From a virus (Duplodnaviria; Caudoviricetes), in the IMG/VR virus record IMGVR_UViG_3300032053_000419, positions 1-27,404 of that record: a stretch of 27,404 nucleotides of DNA. One strand, 5' to 3'. A program made the position numbers and the translations under genes. The notes below the pieces were generated by a model, which was given only the letters and a program-made list of their open reading frames with translations, had not been told where the DNA came from and made no database searches. This document shows positions 7,910 to 16,289 of the stretch, in pieces; within the stretch, counting starts at the first letter, position 1, and each line of letters opens with the position of its first letter.

Positions 7910-8913
7910 TGCCCGAGTCGAGGTTCAACGCCGAGATCGAGATAGTCAGCCGCGCCTCCGATCAGGAGAGCGTCTTCCAGCCCGGGCACCCCGCCTACAA
8001 CCCCGACATGTCCCGAGACGAGGCGGGCAAGTTCTCGTCGGGGGGTGGTGGCAGCCCCGCGGCCGTCCACTCGAGGGTCATGGCGATTCGCGAGAGCAAG
8101 AGGGCAGGCTACGACGCGATCAGACAGAGGATTCGCGACGCCCGCGCCCACGAGAGCGAGGTCCTCACCCGGCTCACGCCGCGCTTCGACCAGCTCTGGA
8201 GCGAGAAGGACCCGGAGGTCAGGGTCGCCCTGAGGGAGAAGCTGGCCGTCCAGCAGAAGGAAGTCGTCGACCCGCTGTCGAAGGCGGTGTGGGACGCCGT
8301 GGACGAGCTCGACGCATACAAGGCCGCCGCGGCGGAGGAGATGTGGACGGCGATCGCTCCGACCGTCGGCTCCGTCGTCAGGACCAGGGACTGGGATCCG
8401 AGCAACAGCGTCCGCGACAAGAACCCCAACATCGAGGAGGGCGCGAGGTGGGTCGGCAGGATGGTCGTGACCGACGCGTTCGACGAGCCCGTCGGGGTGA
8501 TGGAAGAGGAGGGCACCCGAGAGAAGGGCGGGGCGGTGAACATCTCTATGAAGCCCACCTCTGAGAAGTGGGTGGCCGTCCACGAGCTCGGGCACACCCT
8601 CGAGGACCGCGACCCGGAGATCCACAGGGCGGCGGTCGACTTCTTGGCGTCGAGGACCTCGAGCGAGGCCGACGTCAGGCTCGCCGACCTCAAGCCGAAC
8701 TACAACTACGACAGCGACGAGGTCACCCGCCCCGACCGCTTCACCGACGTCTACATGGGCAAGCAGTATAGGGGGGCCGGCGGGGAGCCCTACGCCACCG
8801 AGATCGTCTCGATGGGGCTTCAGAAGATCTACCAGTCGCCGGGGGACCTCGCCAAGAGGGATCCCGAGTATTTTAAGTTAATGGTGGGCGTGATGGGGAG
8901 GGCCAAGAAATGA
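7909..8913 (+). CDS. Tagged zincin-like metallopeptidase (HExxH), 334 aa
   Basis: VAVHELGHTLE, YMGKQY...ATEIVSMG (candidate third ligand E) after a helical segment; ATG 7909 with TGATG overlap and GGAGGTGG RBS. Confidence 0.8.
   Translation: MPESRFNAEIEIVSRASDQESVFQPGHPAYNPDMSRDEAGKFSSGGGGSPAAVHSRVMAIRESKRAGYDAIRQRIRDARAHESEVLTRLTPRFDQLWSEKDPEVRVALREKLAVQQKEVVDPLSKAVWDAVDELDAYKAAAAEEMWTAIAPTVGSVVRTRDWDPSNSVRDKNPNIEEGARWVGRMVVTDAFDEPVGVMEEEGTREKGGAVNISMKPTSEKWVAVHELGHTLEDRDPEIHRAAVDFLASRTSSEADVRLADLKPNYNYDSDEVTRPDRFTDVYMGKQYRGAGGEPYATEIVSMGLQKIYQSPGDLAKRDPEYFKLMVGVMGRAKK
7975..8049 (+). repeat. Peptide tag copy 4 (FQPGHPAYNPDMSRDEAGKFSSGGG)
   Basis: Begins at codon 23 of the gene. Confidence 0.95.
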
Positions 8914-9149
8914 CGAAGGTAATAATCAGGGTGGGGCGCTGCCGCGCCTCGAACGAGGGCGGTGAGTGGTCGTCGGACGAGCCGGTGCTCGCCCGCCTCC
9001 TGAACGCCCGGGCCGGGCCGAGGTCGCTGCCAGAGGAGTACATCCCGGACGCGGCCTCGGCGATGCTCGGGCTGGCCAGGGCCGTCCTGCCTAACCTAGA
9101 GGTGGTCCTGCTGAGGACGCCTCGGGCGGCGCCGGGGGAGGTCTACTGA
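8910..9149 (+). CDS. Small hypothetical protein (79 aa), possible peptidase partner
   Basis: ATGA overlap with the peptidase gene; GGGGAGG RBS. Confidence 0.65.
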   Translation: MTKVIIRVGRCRASNEGGEWSSDEPVLARLLNARAGPRSLPEEYIPDAASAMLGLARAVLPNLEVVLLRTPRAAPGEVY

Positions 9150-9451
9150 TGTCGTCGACCGCGGAGGACTGCCTCCACTCCCCCCTCGAGCGCGTCGGGC
9201 CCAACCCCGTGATGACCGCGTTCCTCGTCGAGATGGCCAGGCAGCGCGCGGAGGCGGCGTGGGTGTGGTTCACCGTCTACAACCCACTGAACATCTGGGT
9301 CACGATCCCGCCCGAGTTCGAGGAGGAGTGCTCCGAGAGTACCATCGAGGCCGCCTCGCGGTGGGAGGTCCAGAGGATGTTCCTCTGGCACCTCGGGCTC
9401 GAGCGCAGCCCCGACGCCATGGGGGTGATGCCACGATGCCGCCGTACGTGA
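9149..9451 (+). CDS. Hypothetical protein (100 aa)
   Basis: TGATG overlap; GGAGGT RBS. Confidence 0.6.
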   Translation: MSSTAEDCLHSPLERVGPNPVMTAFLVEMARQRAEAAWVWFTVYNPLNIWVTIPPEFEEECSESTIEAASRWEVQRMFLWHLGLERSPDAMGVMPRCRRT

Positions 9452-11493
9452 CGCCCGACCTCGGCCCCGGCGCCCCCAAGGGCATGGTGGCGGAGGCGGG
9501 GCGCATCTACCGCGCCCTCAGAGAGGACGGCTACGAGGCCGAGAGGGCGGCCCCGATCATGTGGGCCAGCCTGAAGAAGAGGTGGAAGAAGGAGGGCGAC
9601 AAGTGGGTGGCGCGCAAGGAGAAGAGTAACGCGAGGTGGGCTCCGATGATGCAGATCCCGAGCGGAGGAGCGGGGGCCGGCGCAGGTCAGAGGTGCACGA
9701 GGTTCGGAAACACCGTGCTACAGGGCCTCGACCAGTGGCTGCCCGACGACAAGGGGCGCGTGCAGGGAACGTATTATCCCAAGTCGGCGTTCGAGCCGAC
9801 AGTGGGCGAGTGGGGCCAGGGAGTCCCCATCGTCTTCGGAGCCAAGCACGTCAAGATAGGCGGGCTGGCGAGGGATCCCGAGAAGACCCTACGAGACGCG
9901 AGCACGGACGAGGTCCGAGCCCGGATCGTGGGCTACTCGGTGGGGGTGGCGCTGCTGAGCAAGCATATCGGCAGGCCCCTGCTGAAGGTGGACCTCGGAG
10001 ACATATGCGACGCCGAGGTCCAGAACCTCTACGACGACGCGCGCCTCGGAGTTAGCAGCGCATTCACGGACCGCGAGACGGAGGACGGGAAGTATCTGGT
10101 CGGGGATATCCACCCCGATCACATCCTCCTGTTCCCCCGCGACGCCCTCACGGGCACTGAGCAGCGGGACTTGTCCGCGGTCGTGAACACCCTCAACCAG
10201 ATGGAGGGAGGTATGGATGATGTGAGAGGCGATCAGGAGAACGTAGGGGCCGAGTTCTCAAGAAAGAACAAGGACAAACTCAGGGGCTATCTCGGCGTCC
10301 TCCACGACCTCACCTCGAAGATAGAGGAGATGGTCGGGGAGAGCATGAACGACCTCGAGACGCTCCTCAGGCGGGCCGGGCAGGGCATGCCGGGGTCCGA
10401 GAGCAGCGCCGTCGAGACAACCGACGCCGCCGCTCGCGAGAACGCAAGCAAGTTTCCCTACGTTCCGAAGAACCCGAGCGACTACGAGAAGGGGACGGGG
10501 TCGTGGACCAAGCCGTCCCTGGGCGACTATACCGACAAGGTCTGGGATGATCTGACCGAGGAAGAGAGGAGCGACATTCGCTCCCACTTCGCGGCGGTGA
10601 CCGATGACACCTTCGGTGGGTGTAGGCTGGGCCACCACGAGCCCGACGGCACCCTCAACGCCAACGGCGTCAGGGCCGCCCTCGGGAGGCTCGATCAGAC
10701 GGACGGTATCTCCGGCATAGCCGAGAGCGTGCGGTCCCACCTCGAGAGCCACTCGAAGGAGTTCGGCGAGGAGAAGAGCGAGACGAACAACCTACCCAAG
10801 GAGGAGGTATCTATGGGAGAACAGGATAACAAGAAGAGGTCTGAGGCGGAGGCCGAGGCGGCCCGCAAGAAGGCGGAGGCCGAGGCCGAGGCCGCAAAGA
10901 AGGCAGAGGCAGAGGCCGAGGCAGAGGCCGAGGCGGAGGCCGCCAAGAAGGCGAAGGCCGAGGCCGCCAGGAAGGCCAAGTGCGGCGCCGACGACAAGGG
11001 CAAGGGCGCGCCCAAGGACGACGAGGAGCTCGAGGACGAGGCTGAGGGCAACAAGAAGAACATCGCCGTCCTCCAGGCGCAGATCGCCGCCCTCACCAAG
11101 AAGGTGTCCGAGAGGGACGCCCTCGAGGAGATGGGGCGGAAGAGGGACTTCACGAACCTTCTGAAGCCGGGGGCGCAGAAGGCCACCGAGCAGCTCTATA
11201 AGGAGTTCATCGCGGACCCTGTTGGGTTCATGAAGTCGAGGCAGAACGCCCTCGCCGGCAGCGGCGGGGAGACCGATCTGACGGGTCTCGAGCACGTCCC
11301 GAGCGGCACGGCCGCCGGCGACGGGAGCCCGTTCTCCGAGCAGGCGGTCAAGGCAAAAGCGGCCCAGCTGAACGCGAGACTCTCCGACAGCCCGGACAGG
11401 GCGGGGGAGAGCACCGTCGGGCGCGCCGTCTACAACGAGCAGACTGGCAAGCGCGACTGGGTTCCGCTCGGGCCATTCAGGAAGGAGGCGTGA
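9436..11493 (+). CDS. Head maturation protease/scaffold fusion with N-terminal ChaB-like domain (685 aa)
   Basis: N-terminus MPPY...IY...WASLKKRWKKEGDKW resembles ChaB. GVSSAF...DIHPDHILLFPR resembles DUF2213-type prohead proteases. The C-terminal A/E/K-rich coiled coil fits a scaffold. Located just before the capsid genes; ATG 9436 follows GGGGTGA. Confidence 0.7.
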   Translation: MPPYVTPDLGPGAPKGMVAEAGRIYRALREDGYEAERAAPIMWASLKKRWKKEGDKWVARKEKSNARWAPMMQIPSGGAGAGAGQRCTRFGNTVLQGLDQWLPDDKGRVQGTYYPKSAFEPTVGEWGQGVPIVFGAKHVKIGGLARDPEKTLRDASTDEVRARIVGYSVGVALLSKHIGRPLLKVDLGDICDAEVQNLYDDARLGVSSAFTDRETEDGKYLVGDIHPDHILLFPRDALTGTEQRDLSAVVNTLNQMEGGMDDVRGDQENVGAEFSRKNKDKLRGYLGVLHDLTSKIEEMVGESMNDLETLLRRAGQGMPGSESSAVETTDAAARENASKFPYVPKNPSDYEKGTGSWTKPSLGDYTDKVWDDLTEEERSDIRSHFAAVTDDTFGGCRLGHHEPDGTLNANGVRAALGRLDQTDGISGIAESVRSHLESHSKEFGEEKSETNNLPKEEVSMGEQDNKKRSEAEAEAARKKAEAEAEAAKKAEAEAEAEAEAEAAKKAKAEAARKAKCGADDKGKGAPKDDEELEDEAEGNKKNIAVLQAQIAALTKKVSERDALEEMGRKRDFTNLLKPGAQKATEQLYKEFIADPVGFMKSRQNALAGSGGETDLTGLEHVPSGTAAGDGSPFSEQAVKAKAAQLNARLSDSPDRAGESTVGRAVYNEQTGKRDWVPLGPFRKEA
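10843..10980 (+). repeat. Low-complexity GAGGCN repeats encoding AEAEAEAA(R/K)KK scaffold helix
   Basis: Tandem GAG-GCN units visible in the DNA and protein. Confidence 0.8.
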
Positions 11494-11494
11494 G

Positions 11495-12439
11495 ATGACT
11501 GGACAGAGAGCGCCGAGCCCACTGATCAACAAGATCGTCTGGTTCGGCGGAGTCCCAATGGCGATTCCGATGAACGTCGCGGAGGTTACGAACATCGCGA
11601 AGTTCGTCCCCGGTCGCCTCGCCGCGTCGGGCTCTAGGCTCGGCACCGGCACGGGATACTCAGACAACGACGCATACGTGGCCAACCTCCCGACGCAGAT
11701 GCCGTTCGGGTGGATCGGATACGAAGACGTCGACACCAACGCACGTCCGGCGGACGTGACGAAGGCGTACACGAATGGAGACGAGACGCGCGTCTATATG
11801 GGCGGCGGGTTCGGGATCTACGCGAGCCTGTTTACCTACCAGGCCGTCAAGCAGGGCGATCTCCTCTGCAACTGGTTCAACGGCCAGCTCGCGGGGCCGG
11901 TCGCGCCCGCCCCTGGTGGGATCTTCCTCGCAGTCCCCTACGCGACCGCGGCGGCCGTGGTCAGCACGGCGATTATCGTCCCGGTCGGATGCATGGTCGG
12001 CCACCACAGCTATGTCGAGCCGTCGACCGCGCTGGCGAGCACGATCGAGGTGGGCTTCGAGAACGCCACCGAGAGCGGGGACCTCGACGGAATCCTCAAC
12101 GCGATCTCCATCAACGCGACGAACATCCCCGTGGCGTCGAGCGCCTTCGGGACCGGCGCCGCGGCGGAGACGATCGGTGAGCTGCTCGCGGGAGGCGAAG
12201 AGGGATCTTCCTCGACGTACACCTACGGGCTCCTCTACCCCGGCTACGTCGTGGCGAGCCCCGGGTCGATGAACACCCTCGGCCGCACCGTCGTCTACAC
12301 GCCGGGCAGCGCCTCGGCGTGCGCCGGCCGCATCTGGCTGCACCTCGTGCACCCGCACCTGCGCGTCGTCGCCAAGGCCACGGAGAGCGTTACGACCACC
12401 AGCTCGGCCAGCAGCATTCGCTGCCTGAGCATGATTTAA
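11495..12439 (+). CDS. Capsid decoration/cement protein (314 aa)
   Basis: Between scaffold and MCP; beta-rich; V..GDLL...GQL and VVAKA.E pattern of decoration proteins. Confidence 0.55.
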   Translation: MTGQRAPSPLINKIVWFGGVPMAIPMNVAEVTNIAKFVPGRLAASGSRLGTGTGYSDNDAYVANLPTQMPFGWIGYEDVDTNARPADVTKAYTNGDETRVYMGGGFGIYASLFTYQAVKQGDLLCNWFNGQLAGPVAPAPGGIFLAVPYATAAAVVSTAIIVPVGCMVGHHSYVEPSTALASTIEVGFENATESGDLDGILNAISINATNIPVASSAFGTGAAAETIGELLAGGEEGSSSTYTYGLLYPGYVVASPGSMNTLGRTVVYTPGSASACAGRIWLHLVHPHLRVVAKATESVTTTSSASSIRCLSMI

Positions 12440-12452
12440 GGAGGAACGAGAC

Positions 12453-13430
12453 ATGGCAATCACTCTCGAGCCACTTCTGTTCCGAGCTGGCCAGGCGATC
12501 GACCTCGAGATCATCCAGCCCCTGAGGGCGTGGACGGTCGCGAGACAGGCGATCACCGCCAACCCGAACATCAAGGGAGAGGGCATCTACTCGGTCGACG
12601 CGATCCGTCTGGCCGACGCGGGCCCGGCCACGATCAGCTACCAGCTGCCGAGGCCCAACGACATCAAGGACGCGCCGCGGCTCAGCCGTGAGAACGTTCA
12701 GCTCCCCATCCTGCGTCACCAGATCGAGATCGACAGGAAGGAGTTTAACGCGCTCCAGAACTACGCCGGCGGGTCCATCGACATCACCCGCATCGGGGCG
12801 AACTCGCAGGCCTACCAGATGGCGGTCCTCGAGGACGCGCTGGTGTTCCAGGGGTGGAAGGCCGACGGAACCAACTACGCGATCTCGGGGTTCTACAACG
12901 CCTCGACCACGCAGTACACGACCTCGACGACCTTCGGGAACGGCTCCTACTACGGGAACTTCAACAAGATGATCGGCGCCGCCATCGGCAGCCTGAAGGC
13001 GTACGGCGTCAAGCCCCCGAACGGGTGCTACCACCTCTTCATGAACGCCGGGGACTACTCGTGGCTCGACGGCATTATCAGCACCCTCGGTGTGAAGGAG
13101 ATGGACGCCGTCCTCAAGACGCTGAACCACGGCAGGGACGCCGGACCCGGTGGAATCTGGGAGCTCCCGTCCGTGACCATCACGGACCCGGGCACCAGCA
13201 GGACGCAGACGATCACGGCCATGGCGCAGGGCACGGCCCTCCTGATGCCGGACGACCCGACGCGGACCTGGTACGAGGAGTACGTCATACAGGACGTCAA
13301 GACGAGCCTCGGCTACGACAGCCGCGACCCGAACAACTCCCCGATCTACTCCACCATGACGTCCATCGTCTACCCGCACCTGAAGCAGCCGCACGCCGGC
13401 TGCCAGATCACCACGCTGGTGCAGGGCTGA
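12453..13430 (+). CDS. Major capsid protein, HK97 fold, encapsulin/Linocin_M18-like
   Basis: LPIL.HQIEIDRKE...A.QMAVLEDALVFQG...ISGFYNA spine-helix pattern; strong AAGGAGG RBS; 325 aa. Confidence 0.8.
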   Translation: MAITLEPLLFRAGQAIDLEIIQPLRAWTVARQAITANPNIKGEGIYSVDAIRLADAGPATISYQLPRPNDIKDAPRLSRENVQLPILRHQIEIDRKEFNALQNYAGGSIDITRIGANSQAYQMAVLEDALVFQGWKADGTNYAISGFYNASTTQYTTSTTFGNGSYYGNFNKMIGAAIGSLKAYGVKPPNGCYHLFMNAGDYSWLDGIISTLGVKEMDAVLKTLNHGRDAGPGGIWELPSVTITDPGTSRTQTITAMAQGTALLMPDDPTRTWYEEYVIQDVKTSLGYDSRDPNNSPIYSTMTSIVYPHLKQPHAGCQITTLVQG

Positions 13431-13473
13431 GCTGGTGGGCTCCGGTCCACCACCTCTCCCCAACGAGGCGACG

Positions 13474-13791
13474 ATGGCGAACGAAATGACGAGGGTCAAG
13501 GCCCTCAAGAGCTTCACCGCCGACGGGTATCCGCAGGACGAGACCACCATGCACGGGATGCGGTTCAACCGGGAGGGAATGATATGCGAGGTGCCGACGA
13601 GTCGCGTCGAGTATCTCCTCTCTCTCGGAAGCATCGCGCTGCTCCCACCGGAGGAGGCCCCAGTCGAGGCCCCGGCGGCGCCGAGCGAGACCGTGGCGGC
13701 GGAGACCGTCGAGAACTCGGTGTCTGAGGTAAAGAAGCCTCGGCGCGCCGACGGGCGGTTCGCGCTCAAGAATACCAGGAAGAAGAGGTGA
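13474..13791 (+). CDS. Small post-capsid protein (105 aa) with Pro/Ala/Glu linker and basic tail containing RRADGRF
   Basis: ATG 13474 follows GAGGCG; typical position of small head accessory genes. Confidence 0.6.
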   Translation: MANEMTRVKALKSFTADGYPQDETTMHGMRFNREGMICEVPTSRVEYLLSLGSIALLPPEEAPVEAPAAPSETVAAETVENSVSEVKKPRRADGRFALKNTRKKR

Positions 13792-13797
13792 TCACGC

Positions 13798-14316
13798 GTG
13801 ACGGTCACGACCGACATGATCGACGGGGATAGCCCGTTCTCCCTCGGGCAGACCAAGGACGCCACTAGCAGGACGTATACGCAGTCGATGTTTAACCGCG
13901 CCCTCGCGAGGGCCGAGGACAGGTTTGCCAGAGAGAACCCGGGCCTCGGCTCGAACGAGGGGGACCAGGCGGTCGAGTATCTCGTCTGCCACTTCCTCTA
14001 CATGACGTTCGAGGGCGCCGAGGACATGGTCTCGGGCAGGATAGGCGACATGTCCTTCCAGAAGAAGGTCGACGACGAGACCGGAGAGGTCATGACCACG
14101 TATCTGTCCCTGTACAAGGGCCTGATCACCCTCAAGGGCAGCCGCGCCGTCGTGGCGCAGGCCGGAGTGGTGGCGGCGGACTCGCTCACTGCGAGGTCGC
14201 TGCATCCGAGCAATCAGAGGCTGCCGCTCATGGACTATGACGACAACAGCACGGGCGCTCCGACTCCAAGCAACAAGCGCCCTGCCGGGCAGGGGCCGAA
14301 TCCCCTGTACCCCTAG
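13798..14316 (+). CDS. Head-tail adaptor (DUF4054/gp15-like)
   Basis: AVEYLVCHFL...SGRIGDMSF...TTY...Y pattern; GAGGTGA RBS; synteny. Confidence 0.65.
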   Translation: MTVTTDMIDGDSPFSLGQTKDATSRTYTQSMFNRALARAEDRFARENPGLGSNEGDQAVEYLVCHFLYMTFEGAEDMVSGRIGDMSFQKKVDDETGEVMTTYLSLYKGLITLKGSRAVVAQAGVVAADSLTARSLHPSNQRLPLMDYDDNSTGAPTPSNKRPAGQGPNPLYP

Positions 14317-14332
14317 TGGGAGGTAAGAAGGG

Positions 14333-14926
14333 ATGATCACAATCAGTAAGGGCAGCGCCCTCGGCGGCGTGGCGGGCACGGCGGCCGTGATCGACTATAC
14401 GATTATGGGCTCCGAGAAGTCCCAATACGACGCCAGGGACGTGAAGACCCTCGCTCAGGGCAAACTCGACGACGAGGCGGCCGCCCTCTACACGGCGCCC
14501 ACCGTGGCGCCCGGGAGGGTCGAGGCCGTGTTCCTCGCGAACACGTCCGGCACGGCGGTCACGGGCGTCTACCTAACGGTGGACGGCTACCGGATCACGC
14601 CGGCGCTCACTATCCCCGCCTACGGGGCCGCAGTATACGGCCCAGACGGGTGGAAGACCTACACCACTGTCGGTGAGATCTCGGTGGCGTCCGGCGGGAC
14701 GGCCACGGCGTTCCCGAGGTACGGGGCCGCGGCCACGACAGCAGACGGAGGCGCCATCACCCACGGGTTCTCCGCGGCGCCGACGGTGGTGCTCGCGTGT
14801 GGGTCGATAGACACCGAGATGGTCACGATTACGGCCATCGGGTCCACGACGTTCACGGTCGCGATCAAGACGGCCCTGGGGGCGCCGGGGACTACGCAGA
14901 CGATCTACTGGGTGGCGATACCATGA
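14333..14926 (+). CDS. Virion appendage protein (head/neck fibre-like) with small C-terminal beta domain
   Basis: C-terminal ITHGFSAAPTVV...FTV...IYWVA resembles fibre-tip domains; N-terminus is paralogous to the 25015 gene. Confidence 0.55.
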   Translation: MITISKGSALGGVAGTAAVIDYTIMGSEKSQYDARDVKTLAQGKLDDEAAALYTAPTVAPGRVEAVFLANTSGTAVTGVYLTVDGYRITPALTIPAYGAAVYGPDGWKTYTTVGEISVASGGTATAFPRYGAAATTADGGAITHGFSAAPTVVLACGSIDTEMVTITAIGSTTFTVAIKTALGAPGTTQTIYWVAIP

Positions 14927-15765
14927 CGTCTTTCATGCAGAAGATGATCGGGGTCGTCGCCGTCTTGGCGATAGTCATGGCGGCGGCGTCGCTCGGACTA
15001 GTCCTCACGACTCCGCAGGGCCAACAGCCGGGGATTCTCGGCGCGGGGGTCGGGACCACCGACTGGGACTCCGCCTCGATCGCGAAGCCAGGGGTCCGCA
15101 ACTGGATCGATCAGGCGAACAACCTCACTCGGAAGGCGTTCCTCGCAGAGGACCTGATCCGGAATCTCACGAAGACGCTGGACTCGGCGGACAGAAACGC
15201 CTCGTTCGCCATAGACGCGTCCACGAGGAACGTCTCGTTCGCCATAGACGCGTCCACGGCCAATATCACGGCCCTCAGGGGCAATGGGACGGCGGTGCTC
15301 ACTAACACCACCACTGTGCCGGTGGCCATGCTCACGACGAGCTGGGCCGAGCTGCTGGCTCTCTCGGCCGGGCAGAGCCTGAACATCACGACGCCCGGGG
15401 CGGGGAGCTTCCTCGTCATCGCCAACCTGAGGGAGAACATCTCGGTCTCGTCGGCGGGCCAGATACCCGCGAGCGACTTCTCGGTGTTCGCCCTGTGCGA
15501 CGGCACCAGCGCCGCCGCGGACTCGGTCGTCACCAACTCCGAGCGCATGGGTACGATGTTCACGGGCACGCCCACCTACTCGAACATCACAGACGTGACC
15601 CGCACCTTCGCGTGGACCTACACTAACGCGACTGGCGCGGCCATAATCAGGGTGTGCGGCAAGATCCACGCCAACCTCCAGAACGGAGAGGCGGGCCCGG
15701 CGTGGTGGGGCGTCGCGTCCGACAGGGCGGGTAGATCGACCATCGGATACGTGAGGCTGCCATGA
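14923..15765 (+). CDS. Membrane-anchored/secreted protein rich in N-x-S/T sequons (280 aa)
   Basis: N-terminal K followed by hydrophobic IGVVAVLAIVMAAASLGLVL; 11 of 17 Asn are in sequons; ATGA overlap. Confidence 0.7.
   Translation: MTSFMQKMIGVVAVLAIVMAAASLGLVLTTPQGQQPGILGAGVGTTDWDSASIAKPGVRNWIDQANNLTRKAFLAEDLIRNLTKTLDSADRNASFAIDASTRNVSFAIDASTANITALRGNGTAVLTNTTTVPVAMLTTSWAELLALSAGQSLNITTPGAGSFLVIANLRENISVSSAGQIPASDFSVFALCDGTSAAADSVVTNSERMGTMFTGTPTYSNITDVTRTFAWTYTNATGAAIIRVCGKIHANLQNGEAGPAWWGVASDRAGRSTIGYVRLP
15193..15258 (+). repeat. 33-bp tandem duplication (RNASFAIDAST / RNVSFAIDAST)
   Basis: Near-identical copies at 15193-15225 and 15226-15258. Confidence 0.9.
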
Positions 15766-16289
15766 GGGTGTCGGCCCTCTCCCTCCTCTCCGCCCTCGTG
15801 GTGGTGGCGCTCGTCGCCGGGTGCGCGACGAGCACGGGCTCGCCCGGGTCGGTCCTCGGGATCAGCCCGTCGCAGCTCAACGGGAGATACATCCAGAGCC
15901 TCACTCTGAACACGACCCTCCCGGCGGCCGGCGTTAGCCTGCTCGCCGCCGACCTGTCGATGCCGACGGGGATCGAGGAGCCCCTGATGTATCTGGGCGT
16001 GCTCTTCGAGTGCAACGTAGGCGGGGTGCTGTCGGTGTCTCATAACGTCGGCTCCGGCAACTCCACCATGCTCGAGCAGCTCAACGGGGGCGTCGCCCTG
16101 GTGCCAAATCAGACGTACGCCTTCGTGGTGCCCATCGTCCAGACCGAGGTGATGAACTTCCGATACTCGGCCAACGGGACGACCACGAATGGAACGATCC
16201 AGCGGCTCGCCGTCATGGACCTCTACGAGGGAGGCTACGCCGGGATTCAGATCATCAACGGCACTCTGAAATATACCAGTGGGACGTGA
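15762..16289 (+). CDS. Predicted lipoprotein (175 aa)
   Basis: MR + hydrophobic stretch + LVAG|C lipobox; 6 of 11 Asn are in sequons. Confidence 0.7.
   Translation: MRVSALSLLSALVVVALVAGCATSTGSPGSVLGISPSQLNGRYIQSLTLNTTLPAAGVSLLAADLSMPTGIEEPLMYLGVLFECNVGGVLSVSHNVGSGNSTMLEQLNGGVALVPNQTYAFVVPIVQTEVMNFRYSANGTTTNGTIQRLAVMDLYEGGYAGIQIINGTLKYTSGT

Noticed and set aside
5321-8049. The four tag copies as DNA-level mobile repeats, attC-like sites or DGR repeats
   Set aside because: All are in frame and diverge at synonymous positions; no palindromic structure, integrase or reverse transcriptase is present
7010-9435. Upstream starts in the ORF track (7010, 7630, 9259; likewise 227, 4583, 14797, 21687)
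   Set aside because: Most overlap neighbouring genes extensively; downstream starts with an RBS, stop/start coupling or a better domain boundary fit better
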